Below are positions 12,218 to 25,249 of a stretch of DNA of 64,000 nucleotides, piece by piece. Made by a program: the position numbers and the translations under genes. Positions within the stretch are counted from its first letter, which is position 1; every line of letters starts with the position of its first letter. The notes under the pieces were generated by a model. The model was not told the origin of the DNA. It saw only the letters and a program-made list of their open reading frames with translations, and searched no databases. Source of the stretch: Eledone cirrhosa (lineage: Eukaryota); NCBI GenBank assembly GCA_964016885.1, contig OZ024755.1, positions 32,240,001 to 32,304,000 on the forward strand, read 5' to 3'.

Positions 12218-12495
12218 ATCATCATTTAACATCCATTTTCCACGCTAGCATGGGTTAGACAAGTTCTCCGATTCAGAGGCAAGTCAGGTCAGGTGACTGT
12301 GTCTTGCTCATATAGGTTTCTGGCTAGATTTCTATGGTTGGATGTCCTTCCTAACGCCAACCACATTTACAGTGTGGTGCTTTTAGTCATGACACCTACA
12401 CTACCACTTTACAGTGTGTACTGGGTGCTTTTAGTCGTGACTCCTACCTGGCCACCTTACAAGACGGGCTAGGTGCTTTTTGTTGTGACACCTCA
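12218..12495 (-). mobile_element. RTE-tail retroposon fragment with 2-3 copies of the 48-bp unit
   Basis: catcatttaacatccattttccacgctagcatgggttagac...ccttcctaacgccaaccacatttacagtgtg followed by incipient repeats. Confidence 0.7.
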
Positions 12496-12637
12496 TCATT
12501 GTGTGTGATCTAGTGTGTGGGTCTTCTTTCCATCGTTTTTCTTCTTATTTTTTCTTATTTATTATTCCATATTATTTTTCTTTTTTTTAGTACTCTATAT
12601 ATATTTATATTTTTTTAGTACTCTATATATCTCTATA

Positions 12638-13012
12638 CTAGCAGATGTACCCGGCGTTGCTTTGAAATGAATGACTGCCTGAATTGTTCAAGGTCGTTTA
12701 TGGCTTAGCTAGCAATTTCTGAGTGCATGTCAGCTAATTGGCTAGCCAATGAGAGGTCACCTCAATAGCATGTGCCAAATCGGCCTAGTACTTCAAAAGT
12801 TAAAAGGAGCCTAGTATTTGTACAAAAAATCGATTTTTTCGGCCCCAATATCGATTTTTTTCAAATTTGTTTTTGTCTAAAACCTGCATATAAGCAATAC
12901 GTGTGCCAAATTTGGTTGAAATCGGCCTAGGACTTCAAAAGTTAAAAGGAGCCTAGTATTTGTACACAGACAGACACACACACACAGACCGACTTGCTTT
13001 TATATATATAGA
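12638..13012 (-). mobile_element. Non-autonomous Helitron (Lep1/DINE-like), complete ends
   Basis: Minus strand reads A|TCTATATATATAAAA...(TGTC)n...GCAACGCCGGGTACATCTGCTAG|T: a 5'-TC, a 3'-CTAG, insertion between A and T, and an internal duplication. Confidence 0.7.
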
Positions 13013-13499
13013 TATATTGTTAAGGCATGTGTCTGAGTGGTTAGTGAATTGGATTCAAAATTGTGAGGTTGTGATTTTGATTCCCAGACCGGGCAATGTG
13101 CAAGACACTTTATTTCATTTTGCCTCGATTTGTGACCAACAGCAATTGGAAAGACCAATGGAAACATTGTTTCCTCAGTCCGATTTGACGAGCTCCACCC
13201 ACTCATTAAGAGAATGGGATCTTGTCAATCGACTGTCGATATATCTGCATAGTTTTACGCTTTCTAAAATATATTATAAAATTATTTTAATAGAAAATAT
13301 GAAAGGAAAACACATTCTTTGGAGAAAATACTTCAGAGAATTGCTAATTCCATTACAAAATTCATTCTTATACCTGCAGCATCAACAACTTACATACACT
13401 GATATGCGGCAAATAGTGTTTTCCATTACAGAGACTTTGAAATATAAGACTGTTCAGCTGTCAACAAAGCACAACCTAACATGTGTACAATTAAGTAAA

Positions 13500-13690
13500 A
13501 TAATTGTTTCTACTTTTGGCACAAGGCCAGCAATTATCCCAGTGTATTACTGGTACTTTATTTTATCGATTCCGTAAGGATGAAAGGCAAAGTTAGCCTC
13601 AGCGGGATATGAACTTAGACCATAAAGGGACGTAACTCTATGCTGCAAAGCATGGTGTCTGACCCTCTACCGATACTGGCAATCCACCGC
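13500..13690 (-). mobile_element. Family A SINE
   Basis: Full head, central and tail motifs. Confidence 0.85.
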
Positions 13691-14092
13691 TCCACAATTA
13701 GATAAAATAATGTTTGATTTCAGTGATAATTGTCCTCTTTTGTGTTCTTTTCAGTGTTGTTTCTTCTTAAAATCCATATTGAATATGTCCAAAAATGTAA
13801 AAATGTTTGTGTAGCTCTGTTACGTTGTTAGATAATTCTAGTATTGATTATCGATCTAGCTTTAACCTATTATACAATAGAAGATGTGTTGCAGCAACAA
13901 CAAGAACAACAAACAAAAAACAGCTGCATACAGCAAAGCTATGAACTTGTGAGTATATATAGGCTAGGAGAGGTACCTGATTAAATGTTTATATAGAATG
14001 TGTTTTTTTCAAGAATATATAAAATCTACGCTTCAAACAGAGATGAAATGTTTTCTTCTCTATGGTGGATATTTGAGTAGTGGCATTATGCC

Positions 14093-14447
14093 CACACACG
14101 AACACACACACACACACACACAGACACGGACACACAGACACACACATACACACGAACACATAGACACACACAGAGAAACAAACACACACACACGGACACA
14201 CACAGAGAAACAAACACACACACACGGACACATAGACACACACAGAGAAACAAACACACACACACACGAACACACACGCACACAAGACACACAGACAGAC
14301 ACCCCCCCCACACACACACACACACGAACACACAAACACGGATACATAGACACACACAGAGAAACAAACACACACACACATGAACACATGCATACACACA
14401 AACACACACAAACATAAACACACACACACACGGTCACACACACACAC
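14093..14447 (+). repeat. Complex (CA)n-rich microsatellite
   Basis: Visible CA repeats with a recurring catagacacacacagagaaacaaac unit. Confidence 0.9.
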
Positions 14448-15140
14448 CTACACGACAACTTTACAGTGTTGGCTGGGTGCTTTTTACTGTGTCACCATCA
14501 CAACCACTTTACAGTGTTGGCTGGGTGCTTTTTACTGTGACACCATCACAACCACTTTACAGTGTTGGCTGGGTGCTTTTTACTGTGACCCCATCACAAC
14601 CACTTTACAGTGTTGGCTGGGTGCTTTTTACTGTGACCCCATCACAACCACTTTACAGTGTTGGCTGGGTGCTTTTTACTGTGACACCATCATGACCACT
14701 TTACAATGTTGGCTGGGTGCTTTTTACTGTGACACCATCACAACCACTTTACAATGTTGGCTGGGTGCTTTTTACTGTGTCACCATCACAACCACTTTAC
14801 AGTGTTGGCTGGGTGCTTTTTACTGTGTCACCATCACAACCACTTTACAGTGTTGGCTGGGTGCTTTTTACTGTGTCACCATCACAACCACTTTACAGTG
14901 TTGGCTGGGTGCTTTTTACTGTGTCACCATCACAACCACTTTACAGTGTTGGCTGGGTGCTTTTTACTGTGTCACCATCACAACCACTTTACAGTGTTGG
15001 CTGGGTGGTTTTCACTGTGACCCCATCACAACCACTTTACAGTGTTGGCTGGGTGCTTTTTACTGTGTCACCATCACGGCCACTTTACAGTGTTGGCTGG
15101 GTGCTTTTTACTGTGTCACCATCACGGCCACTTTACAATG
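14448..15140 (+). repeat. Second 48-bp minisatellite (~14 copies) derived from the same RTE 3'UTR segment
   Basis: Unit accactttacagtgttggctgggtgctttttactgtgtcaccatcaca. Its consensus differs at fixed positions from the 6510-7590 array. Confidence 0.9.
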
Positions 15141-15329
15141 TTCTGTCCTCCTGAGAGATGTATGGGAGGATGGGATGGGGTCGTGCATACTGTATATATG
15201 CCTCAGCTCTCCTGGACAATACATTCTTACTGAGTGTATTGTACAAAGAGATAAAGGATCTTTGTCCACAATATGATGGTGTTTTAGTTGATAGAGTCAT
15301 TTAAGAAATGCTTCCAACGGCTTTCAGTG

Positions 15330-15690
15330 ATCATGATCATCATTTTACGTCTGCTTTTCCCTGCTTGCAAGGGTGAGATGGGTCTTATTAAGCATGGCAT
15401 CTCTCCATTCATCATGGTCCTTAATCACCTCCTCCGTGAGCTTCACCATTCTGAGGTCTGCTCTCACCACCTCCACCCATGTTTTTCATGGTCTTCCTTC
15501 TACTGGGATTTCTTTACCCAGCGGTCATCCTCCATGCACATCACGTGTCCATACCAACTACAGCCTATCCCTCTTATACACAGTTTCTCTCCCAACTCCG
15601 TTGCTCACGCACATTGACATTGCACATCCATCGGAGCATGCTTGCTTCATTTCTCTCCAGCCGTCTCATATCCTCTGCAGTTGCTGCTCA
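15330..15690 (-). pseudogene. RTE LINE 3' fragment
   Basis: Minus: AEDMRRLERNEASMLRWMCNVNVRE...WYGHVM; tail gcaagcagggaaaagcagacgtaaaatgatg. Confidence 0.75.
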
Positions 15691-16368
15691 TATTCTCAAA
15701 ATAAATTTGAGTTTGACTCTGTGTTTTAATAATGTCATAACAAATAACAGTTTCTGATTTAGGCACAAGGCCAGTAATTTTGGGGGGTAGGGGAAAGTTG
15801 TTTAATTGACCCCAGTGTATGACTGGTAATTTATTTGATCAACCCTGTAAGGATGAAAGGCAAAGCTAGCCTCTGCAGGATTTGAACTCAGAATGTAAAG
15901 GGCCATAACTTTATGCCACAAAGCAGGGTGTCCGGCGTTCTACTAATACTGCCAATCTTCTGCCCTAACAAAGACATGTATTTTAAAACCAACCTCCATT
16001 TTCTGTTAAAAATTACTGATATTTTCATTTTACTTGCTTTAGTTATCTTTATTAACAATTCTAATTCTATTGTAGTCAACACTTAGTTTTACTGTTGAAG
16101 TGTTTCATTAAAAACACTAATTATTGAAAAATAATCAATTCGCAACAACAGAAGTAGGCAATAGGGACTGTGTGTGAAACATAATCTCATACAGTACTAA
16201 TGTTATGGTGAGTTAGATGTACATACTGGTCCTAGTTCAAATGTCTTCAGATGCTGTGTGTGGACCTCTGTTGATTCTGACAAGTGTTCTAGTTGATTCA
16301 ACAGAACAGCCTACTGGTGAAATTAACAAACAAATAGCTGAGCATTTCAGATACATATGTACACTTAA

Positions 16369-16763
16369 CCCTTTAGCATTTGCATTACTCTATATATACT
16401 ATTGTATTTTTGTGGTAAAGGCTTTACCTCACATAATTTCGAATCTAGGTGATTTTGATGTTATTTATTTTGAGAACAATGCCTTAAAATCAGTATGAGT
16501 AGCCAGTTATGGCTGGTTTGAACAGAAAGAAGTAAGAAAATTCTGGCTGTATGTGGCTGGTTTAAATGCTAAAGGGTTAAACCGGCCAGAATTCTCTCAC
16601 CTCTTTCTATTCAAACCGGCTGTACTCAGTCACTCATACTGATGTTAAGGTATCATTCCCAAAATAAATAATATTAAAATCTCATAGATTCGATATTATG
16701 TGAGGTAAAGCCTTTACCATGAAAATACAATAGTAAATATAGAGTAATGTAAATGCAAAAGGG
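16369..16763. mobile_element. Pair of TTAA-flanked MITEs (piggyBac-like) in inverted orientation
   Basis: TTAA|CCCTTTAGCATTT...AAATGCTAAAGGG|TTAA (16369-16576) is immediately followed by an inverted copy ending ...gcaaaaGGG|TTAA (16763). Confidence 0.75.
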
Positions 16764-17087
16764 TTAACATAGTTCTCAGGGAGATTCAGCATGACACAGA
16801 GTGTGACAAGGCTGGCACATTGAGTTTCAGGTATAACTCATTTACACCAGTTGAACAAACTGAAGCAATGGGAAATAAACTACCTTGTGCAAGGTTAAAA
16901 CACATTGAACTCACAATCTTGCCATACATCTTCACTCAAATACTTATTATTTCACCAATTTTACATTTGACTTCATGATCTTGAAAATTCAATGACATCA
17001 ATCATCAGTTATTAGTATAAACTGAACAATAATTCATTGTTGCTGTGCAGTACAACAGTTTATCTGTGTTGAACTAATACAAATTAA

Positions 17088-17217
17088 CCCTTTAGCATTT
17101 ACATTACTCTATATATACTATTGTATTTTCACAGTAAAGGCTTTACCTCACATAACATTTACATTACTCTATATATACTATTGTATATATAGAGTAATGT
17201 AAAGGGACACTAAAGGG
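17088..17217. mobile_element. Internally rearranged copy of the TTAA MITE
   Basis: TTAA|CCCTTTAG...CTAAAGGG|TTAA with an internal duplication and inversion of cattactctatatatac. Confidence 0.7.
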
Positions 17218-17499
17218 TTAAACTTTGTGCTATAGGGTTATGTCTCTCAAGAAGTCACTGACCTTTGGTGTCACTTTCAATTCATTAATCCTTTTCAGAC
17301 TCAACCCTTTCATGACCATTTATCTAATGAAATACACTGCTTATGCATTTCAATTAATTTTAAAACTAATTAGCAATTTGGAAGGGTTTAATAAACTAAG
17401 TTTTCCCTTATTAAGCTGGTGTGTGGAAAATAACTTAACAGAAATTCTTACATATAATTTTGAGAGCAAGTTTAAAGTTAAATAGAATATTTTAAGATG

Positions 17500-17900
17500 G
17501 ACACCCAGCCCACACTGTAAAGTGGACGTGTAAAAGACATGACAAAAATCACCCAGCACACACTGTCAATGTGGTTGGCGTTAGGAAGGGCATCAAGCTG
17601 TAGAAAACCAGCCAGAAACTCTCCTATATGAGCCAGACGCAGAATATCCAGCCCACACTAAAGTGGTTGTGTAGGTGTCACAACAAAAAGCACCCAGCCC
17701 ACACTGGAAAGTGGTCGTGTAAAAGACACAGCACACACTGTCAATGTGGTTGGTGCTAGGAAGAGTATCCAGCCATATAAAACCAGTCAGAAACATTCCT
17801 ATACGAACGAGACACAGTCACCCAACCCAACTTGCCTCAAGTGGGACAAACTTGTCAAACCCATGCTAGTGTGGAAGATAGACATTAAACGATGATGATG
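17500..17900 (+). mobile_element. RTE-tail retroposon fragments (direct and inverted pieces)
   Basis: gcacccagcccacactgtaaagtgg, gttaggaagggcatc and the tail ...acccatgctagtgtggaagatagacattaaacgatgatgatg. Confidence 0.7.
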
Positions 17901-19479
17901 GACAAACTATTAGGTATAGCAAATATTTAAACCAAATGTACTAAGATAACTTTTAAAGTTTCTTCTATATTGAAAATTTCCAAAATTTATAAAATTATTG
18001 AAATCCAATCTAAGCAGTAATATTTAAGATAAATATTACATTTATCAGAAATGCATTAAAATAGTTGTAATCTTCTTGACTTAGAAGAGAAAAGTTCAAA
18101 ATACTTTTTAATGTTTAGTTTTGTTGTGTAGATATCCATGAATGCAAATATAACAAGATTGCTTTTTCATTGATGTGTCATAGCATGCTGATAAGATGTA
18201 AGTATTTGAGTCAGAGTAAATAAGATAAAGAAGCCAAAAAAAAAAAAAATTATTAAATAAGATTGGATACCTTGCAAATCTATATTAAGCTGGACAAATG
18301 TGAAAATATCAATGTTGGAAAAATTAGGTTTGATGTTCCGTTTTATTTTAAATTTGTTTATTTTGCAGAGAGTTTAAGCTGTGAAATGTTATGGACAGAT
18401 AACAGTCTCACAGGTTAAATAATAGTGTTAGAATAAGAAAATATGTCACTAATTTTTTAGATAAATTATGGGTATGTCTATAAAATCCCAGCTCTAAATT
18501 TACATCTGAGGAAGAATAAATTTAATTTTCTATGGACTTGGCAAAAGTATTATCCTTGTCCAGTTGTTGAACAAGCATTGCAAATGCTAATATTTACTAG
18601 CCATTATCATTTAAGGTGACATGGTTAAACTTGTTTTACATTTTAGAGAAACATAAAAGGTTCCAGCCTAATCTCTGTGTAAGAGTAGTGATGATAAATA
18701 GAAACTCTCCTAGGATAGACAATAATATAAGAAAATATTCTATAGAAGTTTGAAAAAGTGCTGAATTGGAACAATTTATAGAACTGACTAAAGTTCTAGG
18801 TTTGACATGCTGATTTTGAAACACAAAGCATGCTTATCAGAAACCTTTTGGCTTTTTATAAAAGATAACTATTTGTCAGTGATTTGAAATGACTAGCACA
18901 TCTATTTTAATAGAAGTAACTCTTCTGGGAAATTGAGGTGTATTTTTTTAGATACAGGAGCAGTTGATTATCTTTTATCATTGGAGATTGTATGCAGTAG
19001 ATTGATGCATCTTGGTTGTCATTCTTATATATAGTGAAGATGTTTTCATATTGTTGTTATGTTAAATTGCTGCCGGAATGAAATGAAATGAAATTTACTC
19101 AATTTGGAAACAATTTCAAACAATAAAAACAAGAACGGTCCCATTTGAAATTTAATATACTTCTTTATATAGCAAATAGAATGGAAAGAGTGAAAGAAAC
19201 GTATATTGTGGGAAATAGATAATTATATCATACTATTTTGAGTTAACCAATGAGTAGAAGATATTTTAATTTGTAAAAAAAAAAAAAAGTGTTAAGGATG
19301 TTGAAAAATATGATCCTTTTCCAGTTCCATTGTCCCCACATGTCCCCACATGGTCCCACATGGCTCCAACTCTCTCAAGCAGAAAATGTCTTTAAATAGA
19401 AAGGAAGATTCTGATTTATTTAGTTTATTTAGTTACCTACTTGAACAGATCTGATTTGGAGCAATGACAGCATCAATAG

Positions 19480-21125
19480 TATAGTGGTAGTAGTAGTGGT
19501 GGTGATGGTGGTGGTGGTGTTAGTAGTGGTGGTGATGGTGTTAGTGGTAGTAGTGGTGGTGGTGGTGTTGTTAGTAGTGGTGGTGGTGATGGTGTTAGTG
19601 GTAGTAGTGGTGGTGATGATGATGGTGGTGTTAGTAGTAGTGGTGGTGATGATGGTGTTAGTAGTGGTGGTGATGATGATGGTGGTGTTAGTAGTAGTGG
19701 TGGTGGTGATGATGGTGGTGTTAGTAGTAGTGGTGGTGGTGGTGTTAGTAGTAGTGGTGGTGATGATGGTGTTAGTAGTAGTGGTGGTGGTGGTGGTGGT
19801 GGTGTTAGTAGTAGTGGTGGTGATGATGGTGGTGTTAGTAGTAGTGGTGGTGGTGATGATGATGGTGGTGTTAGTAGTAGTGGTGGTGTTAGTAGTAGTG
19901 GTGGTGATGATGGTGTTAGTAGTGGTGGTGATGATGATGGTGGTGATGGTGTTAGTGGTAGTAGTAGTGGTGGTGGTGTTGTTAGTAGTAGTGGTGGTGA
20001 TGGTGTTAGTGTTAGTAGTGGTGGTGGTGGTGTTGTTAGTGGTGGTGGTGTTAGTAGTGGTGGTGATGATGATGGTGGTGTTAGTAGTAGTGGTGGTGGT
20101 GTTAGTAGTAGTGGTGGTGATGATGGTGTTAGTAGTAGTGGTGGTGATGATGGTGTTAGTAGTAGTGGTGGTGGTGGTGGTGTTAGTAGTAGTGGTGGTG
20201 GTGGTGTTAGTAGTGGCGGTGATGGTGGTGTTAGTGGTGGTGGTGATGGTGGTGTTAGTAGTAGTGGTGGTGGTGGTGGTAGTAGTGGTGGTGGTGGTGT
20301 TAGTAGTGGTGGTGGTGATGATGGTGGTGTTAGTAGTAGTGGTGGTGGTGGTGTTAGTAGTAGTGGTGGTGGTGTTAGTAGTGGTGGTGATGGTGGTGTT
20401 AGTAGTGGTGGTGATGATGATGGTGGTGTTAGTAGTAGTGGTGGTGGTGGTGTTAGTAGTAGTGGTGGTGATGATGATGGTGGTGTTAGTAGTAGTGGTG
20501 GTGATGATGATGGTGGTGTTAGTAGTGGTGGTGATGATGATGGTGGTGTTAGTAGTAGTGGTGGTGGTGATGGTGGTGTTAGTAGTAGTGGTGGTGATGG
20601 TGGTGTTAGTAGTGGTGGTGGTGGTGTTAGTAGTAGTAGTGGTGGTGTTAGTAGTGGTGGTGGTGATGGTGGTGTTAGTAGTAGTGGTGGTGGTGATGGT
20701 GTTAGTAGTGGTGGTGATGATGGTGGTGTTAGTAGTGGTGGTGTTAGTAGTAGTGGTGGTGTTAGTAATGGTGGTGTTAGTAGTGGTGGTGGTGTTAGTA
20801 GTGGTGGTGGTGATGGTGGTGTTAGTAGTAGTGGTGATGGTGGTGGTGGTGTTAGTAGTAGTGGTGGTGTTAGTAGTGGTGGTGATGGTGGTGGTGTTAG
20901 TAGTGGTGGTGGTGATGGTGGTGTTAGTAGTAGTTGTGGTGATGATGGTGGTGTTAGTAGTAGTTGTGGTGGTGGTGATGATGGTGCTGTTAGTAGTAGT
21001 AGTACTAGTGTTAGTGGTGCTGTTAGTAGTACAGGTGGTTATGGTGGTAGTAGTAGTGGTAGAAATAGAGGTTGTGGTAGTGGAGGTTATAGTAGTTGCA
21101 TTAGCAGTGATGGTGGTGGTTATGA
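19480..21125 (+). repeat. 1.65-kb compound trinucleotide repeat (GTG/GTA/ATG/TTA)
   Basis: Direct inspection; produces poly-Val and poly-Thr pseudo-ORFs. Confidence 0.95.
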
Positions 21126-21149
21126 TGCTGAAGAGTACATTAATGTCCG

Positions 21150-24090
21150 TGGATTGGCAGTATCGGTAGAGGGTCGGACACCATGCTTTGCAGCATAGAG
21201 TTACGGCCCTTTCCATTCTGAGTTCAAATCCCGCCGAGGTTAACTTTGCCTTTCTTCCTCACGGAGTCGATAAAATAAAGTACCAGTAATGTACTGGTTA
21301 ATTGCTGGCCTTGTGCCAAAAATAGAAACAATTATAGTTTATACACGGTTGGATTGGCAGTGTCGGTAGAGGGTCAGACACCATGTTTTGCAGCATAGAG
21401 TTACGGCCCTTTCCATTCTGAGTTCAAATCCCGCCGAGGTTAACTTTGCCTTTCATCCTTACGGGGTCGATAAAATAAAGTACCAGTAATGCGCTGGGTA
21501 ATTGCTGGCCTTGTGCCAAAAAGTAGAAACAATTATATTAACATACTCTAGAGAGGACAAAGGAGGTGTTACATTGAAATTATTGTGTCAAAGGGGACAA
21601 TCTACATCTGTAATCGAGTAAGATCTTATTTTACCCCTTGACAAAATCCACCTTTATTTTATTGACCATGTAACCTCAGCGGGATTTGAACTCAGTACAT
21701 AAAGTGACGTAACTCTGTGCTGCAAAGCATGGTGTCTGACACTCTACTGATTCTGCCAATCCAGCTTAAGAGCTGACCTCAGATCGCTGAAGCTCACGGA
21801 GGAGATGACGAAGAACCGTGATGAATTGAGAGATGCTCTGCTGAATAGGACTTGTCCCACCCTTGCAAGCAGGGAAAAGCGGACGTAAAATGATGATGAT
21901 GATGATACCAAACAGCTATATTGCACAAATGTTCTTGAGTCCATAATTAGAACTTCTGTGGTGAGTCTTTCTCACTACCACATCCAAAGAGGAAGCCTTG
22001 ATAAGTACACGTTTACAAAATAACTATTAACATCATTTTACGTCCACTTTCCATGTTGGCAGGAGTTCCCCTCCCCCCCCGCCACAAATTGTTGGCTTCT
22101 GTTTTCATCCTTACGGGGTCAATCAAATAAAGTACCAGTAATACACTGGGATAATTGCTGGCATTGTGCCAAAAGTAGAAACAATTATTAGAACTGTTGT
22201 GGTGGATTGGCAGTATCAGTAGAAGGTTGGACACCAAGCAATGCAGCATAGAGTTACGGCCCTTTACGGTTTGAGTTCAAATCCCGCCAACGTTAACTTT
22301 GCCTTTCATCCTTACGCGGTCAATAAAATAAAGAACCAGTAATGTACTGGGGTAATTGCTGGCCTTGAACCAAAAGTAGAAACAATTATTAGAACTATTG
22401 CATCACCAAAGACTCAGTCTTTGGATTGGCTTGTGTCATATTCTTAGCAATAATTGTTTCTACTTTTGGCACAAGGCCAGCAATCACCCCCCCCCCCCCA
22501 CTGCATTACTGGTACTTTGTTTTATGACCCTGTCAGGATGAAAGGCAAAGTTAACCTCGGCGAGGTTTGAATTCAGACTGTAAAGGGACGTAACTCTATG
22601 CTGGAAAGCATGGTGTCCGACTCTCTACCAATACTGCCAATCCACCGCAATAATATCTGTTAATTTCCTACCAGAAATAAAGTAAAACCTGGTCTTTATT
22701 TTGTGCTAGACTATTGAGAAAACACAGCAAGTGTGAATTATCAATCACCTCAAACTACTGATTATAACAAATTTAGAAATATTGTGAACAATTATTTTAC
22801 TAGTAAATTCTTTCAATAATAATATAATGGACCCATCTGTGTTTAGTTGTTTAATATTTATAATTTTGCATCAGATACTTGATTGTTAAAGCCTTAATAT
22901 GCAATTATAATGTCCTGAAACACATATTTTATGCCAATTTTTCCTGGTTATTTCACTTAGTTAACTAAAACTATAATATTGACACAATGATTAATTTGCT
23001 TGGTGTGTTCATAAAAGCTATTTATGCTGTGTTAAAATATGGAAGCTGATAAAAGTTTGTTTGAAATAATAACATAAAAAATACAGCAAGTTCTCTCTGA
23101 ACGATATGAACTGGAAAATAATTTGATTTATATCACCATGGTCATTATTTCTACTATGATTAGCATTGGTTTTGTTCATCTTTTTCACACCTCTCTTCCA
23201 TTGTGGTTGATCATAATTATGATAATGACTATGATAAACATAATTATCATTATAAGCATTATCACTTTATAGAAGGGTGGTGGATTGGCAGAGGGTCGGA
23301 CGCCATGCTTTCCAGCATAGTTACGTCCCTTTACGATCTGAGTTCAAATCCCGCCGAGGTTGACTTTGCCTTTCATCCTTACGGGGTCGATAAAATAAAG
23401 TACCAGTAATGCACTGGGATAATTTCTGGCCTTGTGCCTAAAGTAGAAACAATTATTATTATTATTCCAGCATAGTTACGTCCCTTTACGATCTGAGTTC
23501 AAATCCCGCCGAGGTTGACTTTGCCTTTCATCCTTACGGGGTCGATAAAATAAAGTACCAGTAATGCACTGGTTAATTTGCTGGCCTTGTGCCTAAAGTA
23601 GAAACGATTATCACTTTTATCCTATTATGACTATGATGATTGTGATGATGGTTAAAATAATCATTATAACCCTTATCATTATTATCATCAGCAAGGGCAG
23701 TGGATTGGCAGAGGGTCAGACGCCATGCTTTGATGCATAGAGTTACGGCCCTTGCCATTCTGAGTTCAAATCCCGCCAAGGTTAACTTTGCCTTTCATCC
23801 TTACAGGGTCAATAAAATAAAGTACCAGTAATACACTGGGTAATTGCTGGCCTTGTGTCAAAAGTAGAAACACTTATCATCAGCATTGACTGTATTTTAG
23901 ATATATAATTGTTTCTACTTTAGGCACAAGGCCAGCAATATTCCAGTACATTACTGGTACTTTATTTTATCGACCCTGTAAAGGATGAAAGGCAAAGTTA
24001 ACCTCAGCGGGACTTGAACTCAGATCGTAAAGGGACGTAACTCTATGCTGGAAAGCATGTCCGCCCCTCTACCGATACTGCCAATTCACC
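21150..24090. mobile_element. Cluster of about 10 family A SINE copies in both orientations
   Basis: Copies near 21150-21336(+), 21349-21535(+), 21670-21762(-), 22100-22190(+), 22200-22390(+), 22450-22648(-), 23277-23460(+), 23466-23612(+), 23697-23878(+), 23905-24090(-). Confidence 0.85.
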
Positions 24091-25249
24091 AACTAAATGA
24101 TGATAAATGGTGACAAATAAAAGCAACAATACTTAAAACGTAACAGCAGAGATTGTAACAATTCCAGAAGCATCTTCATAATACCAACATAAGTAATATA
24201 GAAGACTAATCATAAACACTGCACATAAATAAACACAAAAATAGAACGTTTATGCAACACTCCACCTCCTCCCCCTCGTGCAAATCCATTGCCCTACTAT
24301 ACAATAATAATAATAATAATTAACAAAAAGATATCACAACTAATCTTGTGGATAAAATATAAATTTCACACATATTTATAAATGTGAATGTGAGTGTGTA
24401 TGTGAATGCAGATCAATGCATGAGTTTATGAATAAATATGTGTCTTTTTCAACATTATACAAATACATTTTGACAGAATTAATATGATTTCAGTTTGTGG
24501 TTCATTTAACTTCTAAATACTTAATAAATTTGCCCAGATATTGTGAGTTAGCTTATGTCTCAATTGACTTCATACTTTTTAATTTTCCTTCTCAATATAT
24601 ATATCAATGTTCTGTGTTTGTTTACATGAATATAAAATTACAAGTTCTGGCAATATTTTTCTTCTGAGAGAATACTTTTAATCAAGAATTAATCTGCTTT
24701 AGGCAGAAACCAGTTTCATGAGTACATATCTAATTTTGAATTCTATCTGAATCAAGCACAATAGAGAGTATAATAGAATTCAATAAAATTAATTTGTTTT
24801 CTATTCAAATCATTATTAGCAATTATATGATTCTTTCTGAGAAAAGATTAATGACAGAGGGAAAACATTTTCTTAAGATCTTTATTTTGAAATTCTAATA
24901 AAGTAAAATAAGTCTGTAGTCATGAACTATTCTTACCCTCCGTGACAAAAAATTGTAATATCCAATGGTAATCATACCATCTTCTCAGGCAATCTGTTCC
25001 TTTCTTAATTCTTGTTGTCATCATATGATAAAACTTCTTGTATACCAACTGACTACAATCAGCTGAATCCTCTTCAAATTTGATCTTACAATCTTTTAGA
25101 AATAGATGAATGTACTGGATAAAAAAAATAGTTCTGAATATGATATAACAGAAAAAAATATAGGTTAGTTACAATTTAATATAGGTTAGTTTACAAAATT
25201 ATCTTAAAAATGAAGTCACCTAACAGGTGAAATTTAATTAAGATAATGA

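Noticed and set aside
19429-21216. 595-aa Thr-rich mucin-like ORF
   Set aside because: It starts inside a SINE, consists of triplet microsatellite, and the opposite strand is equally open.
21150-21260. tRNA-like A/B boxes in many places
   Set aside because: They are SINE heads continuing into SINE body and tail; no complete cloverleaf was seen.
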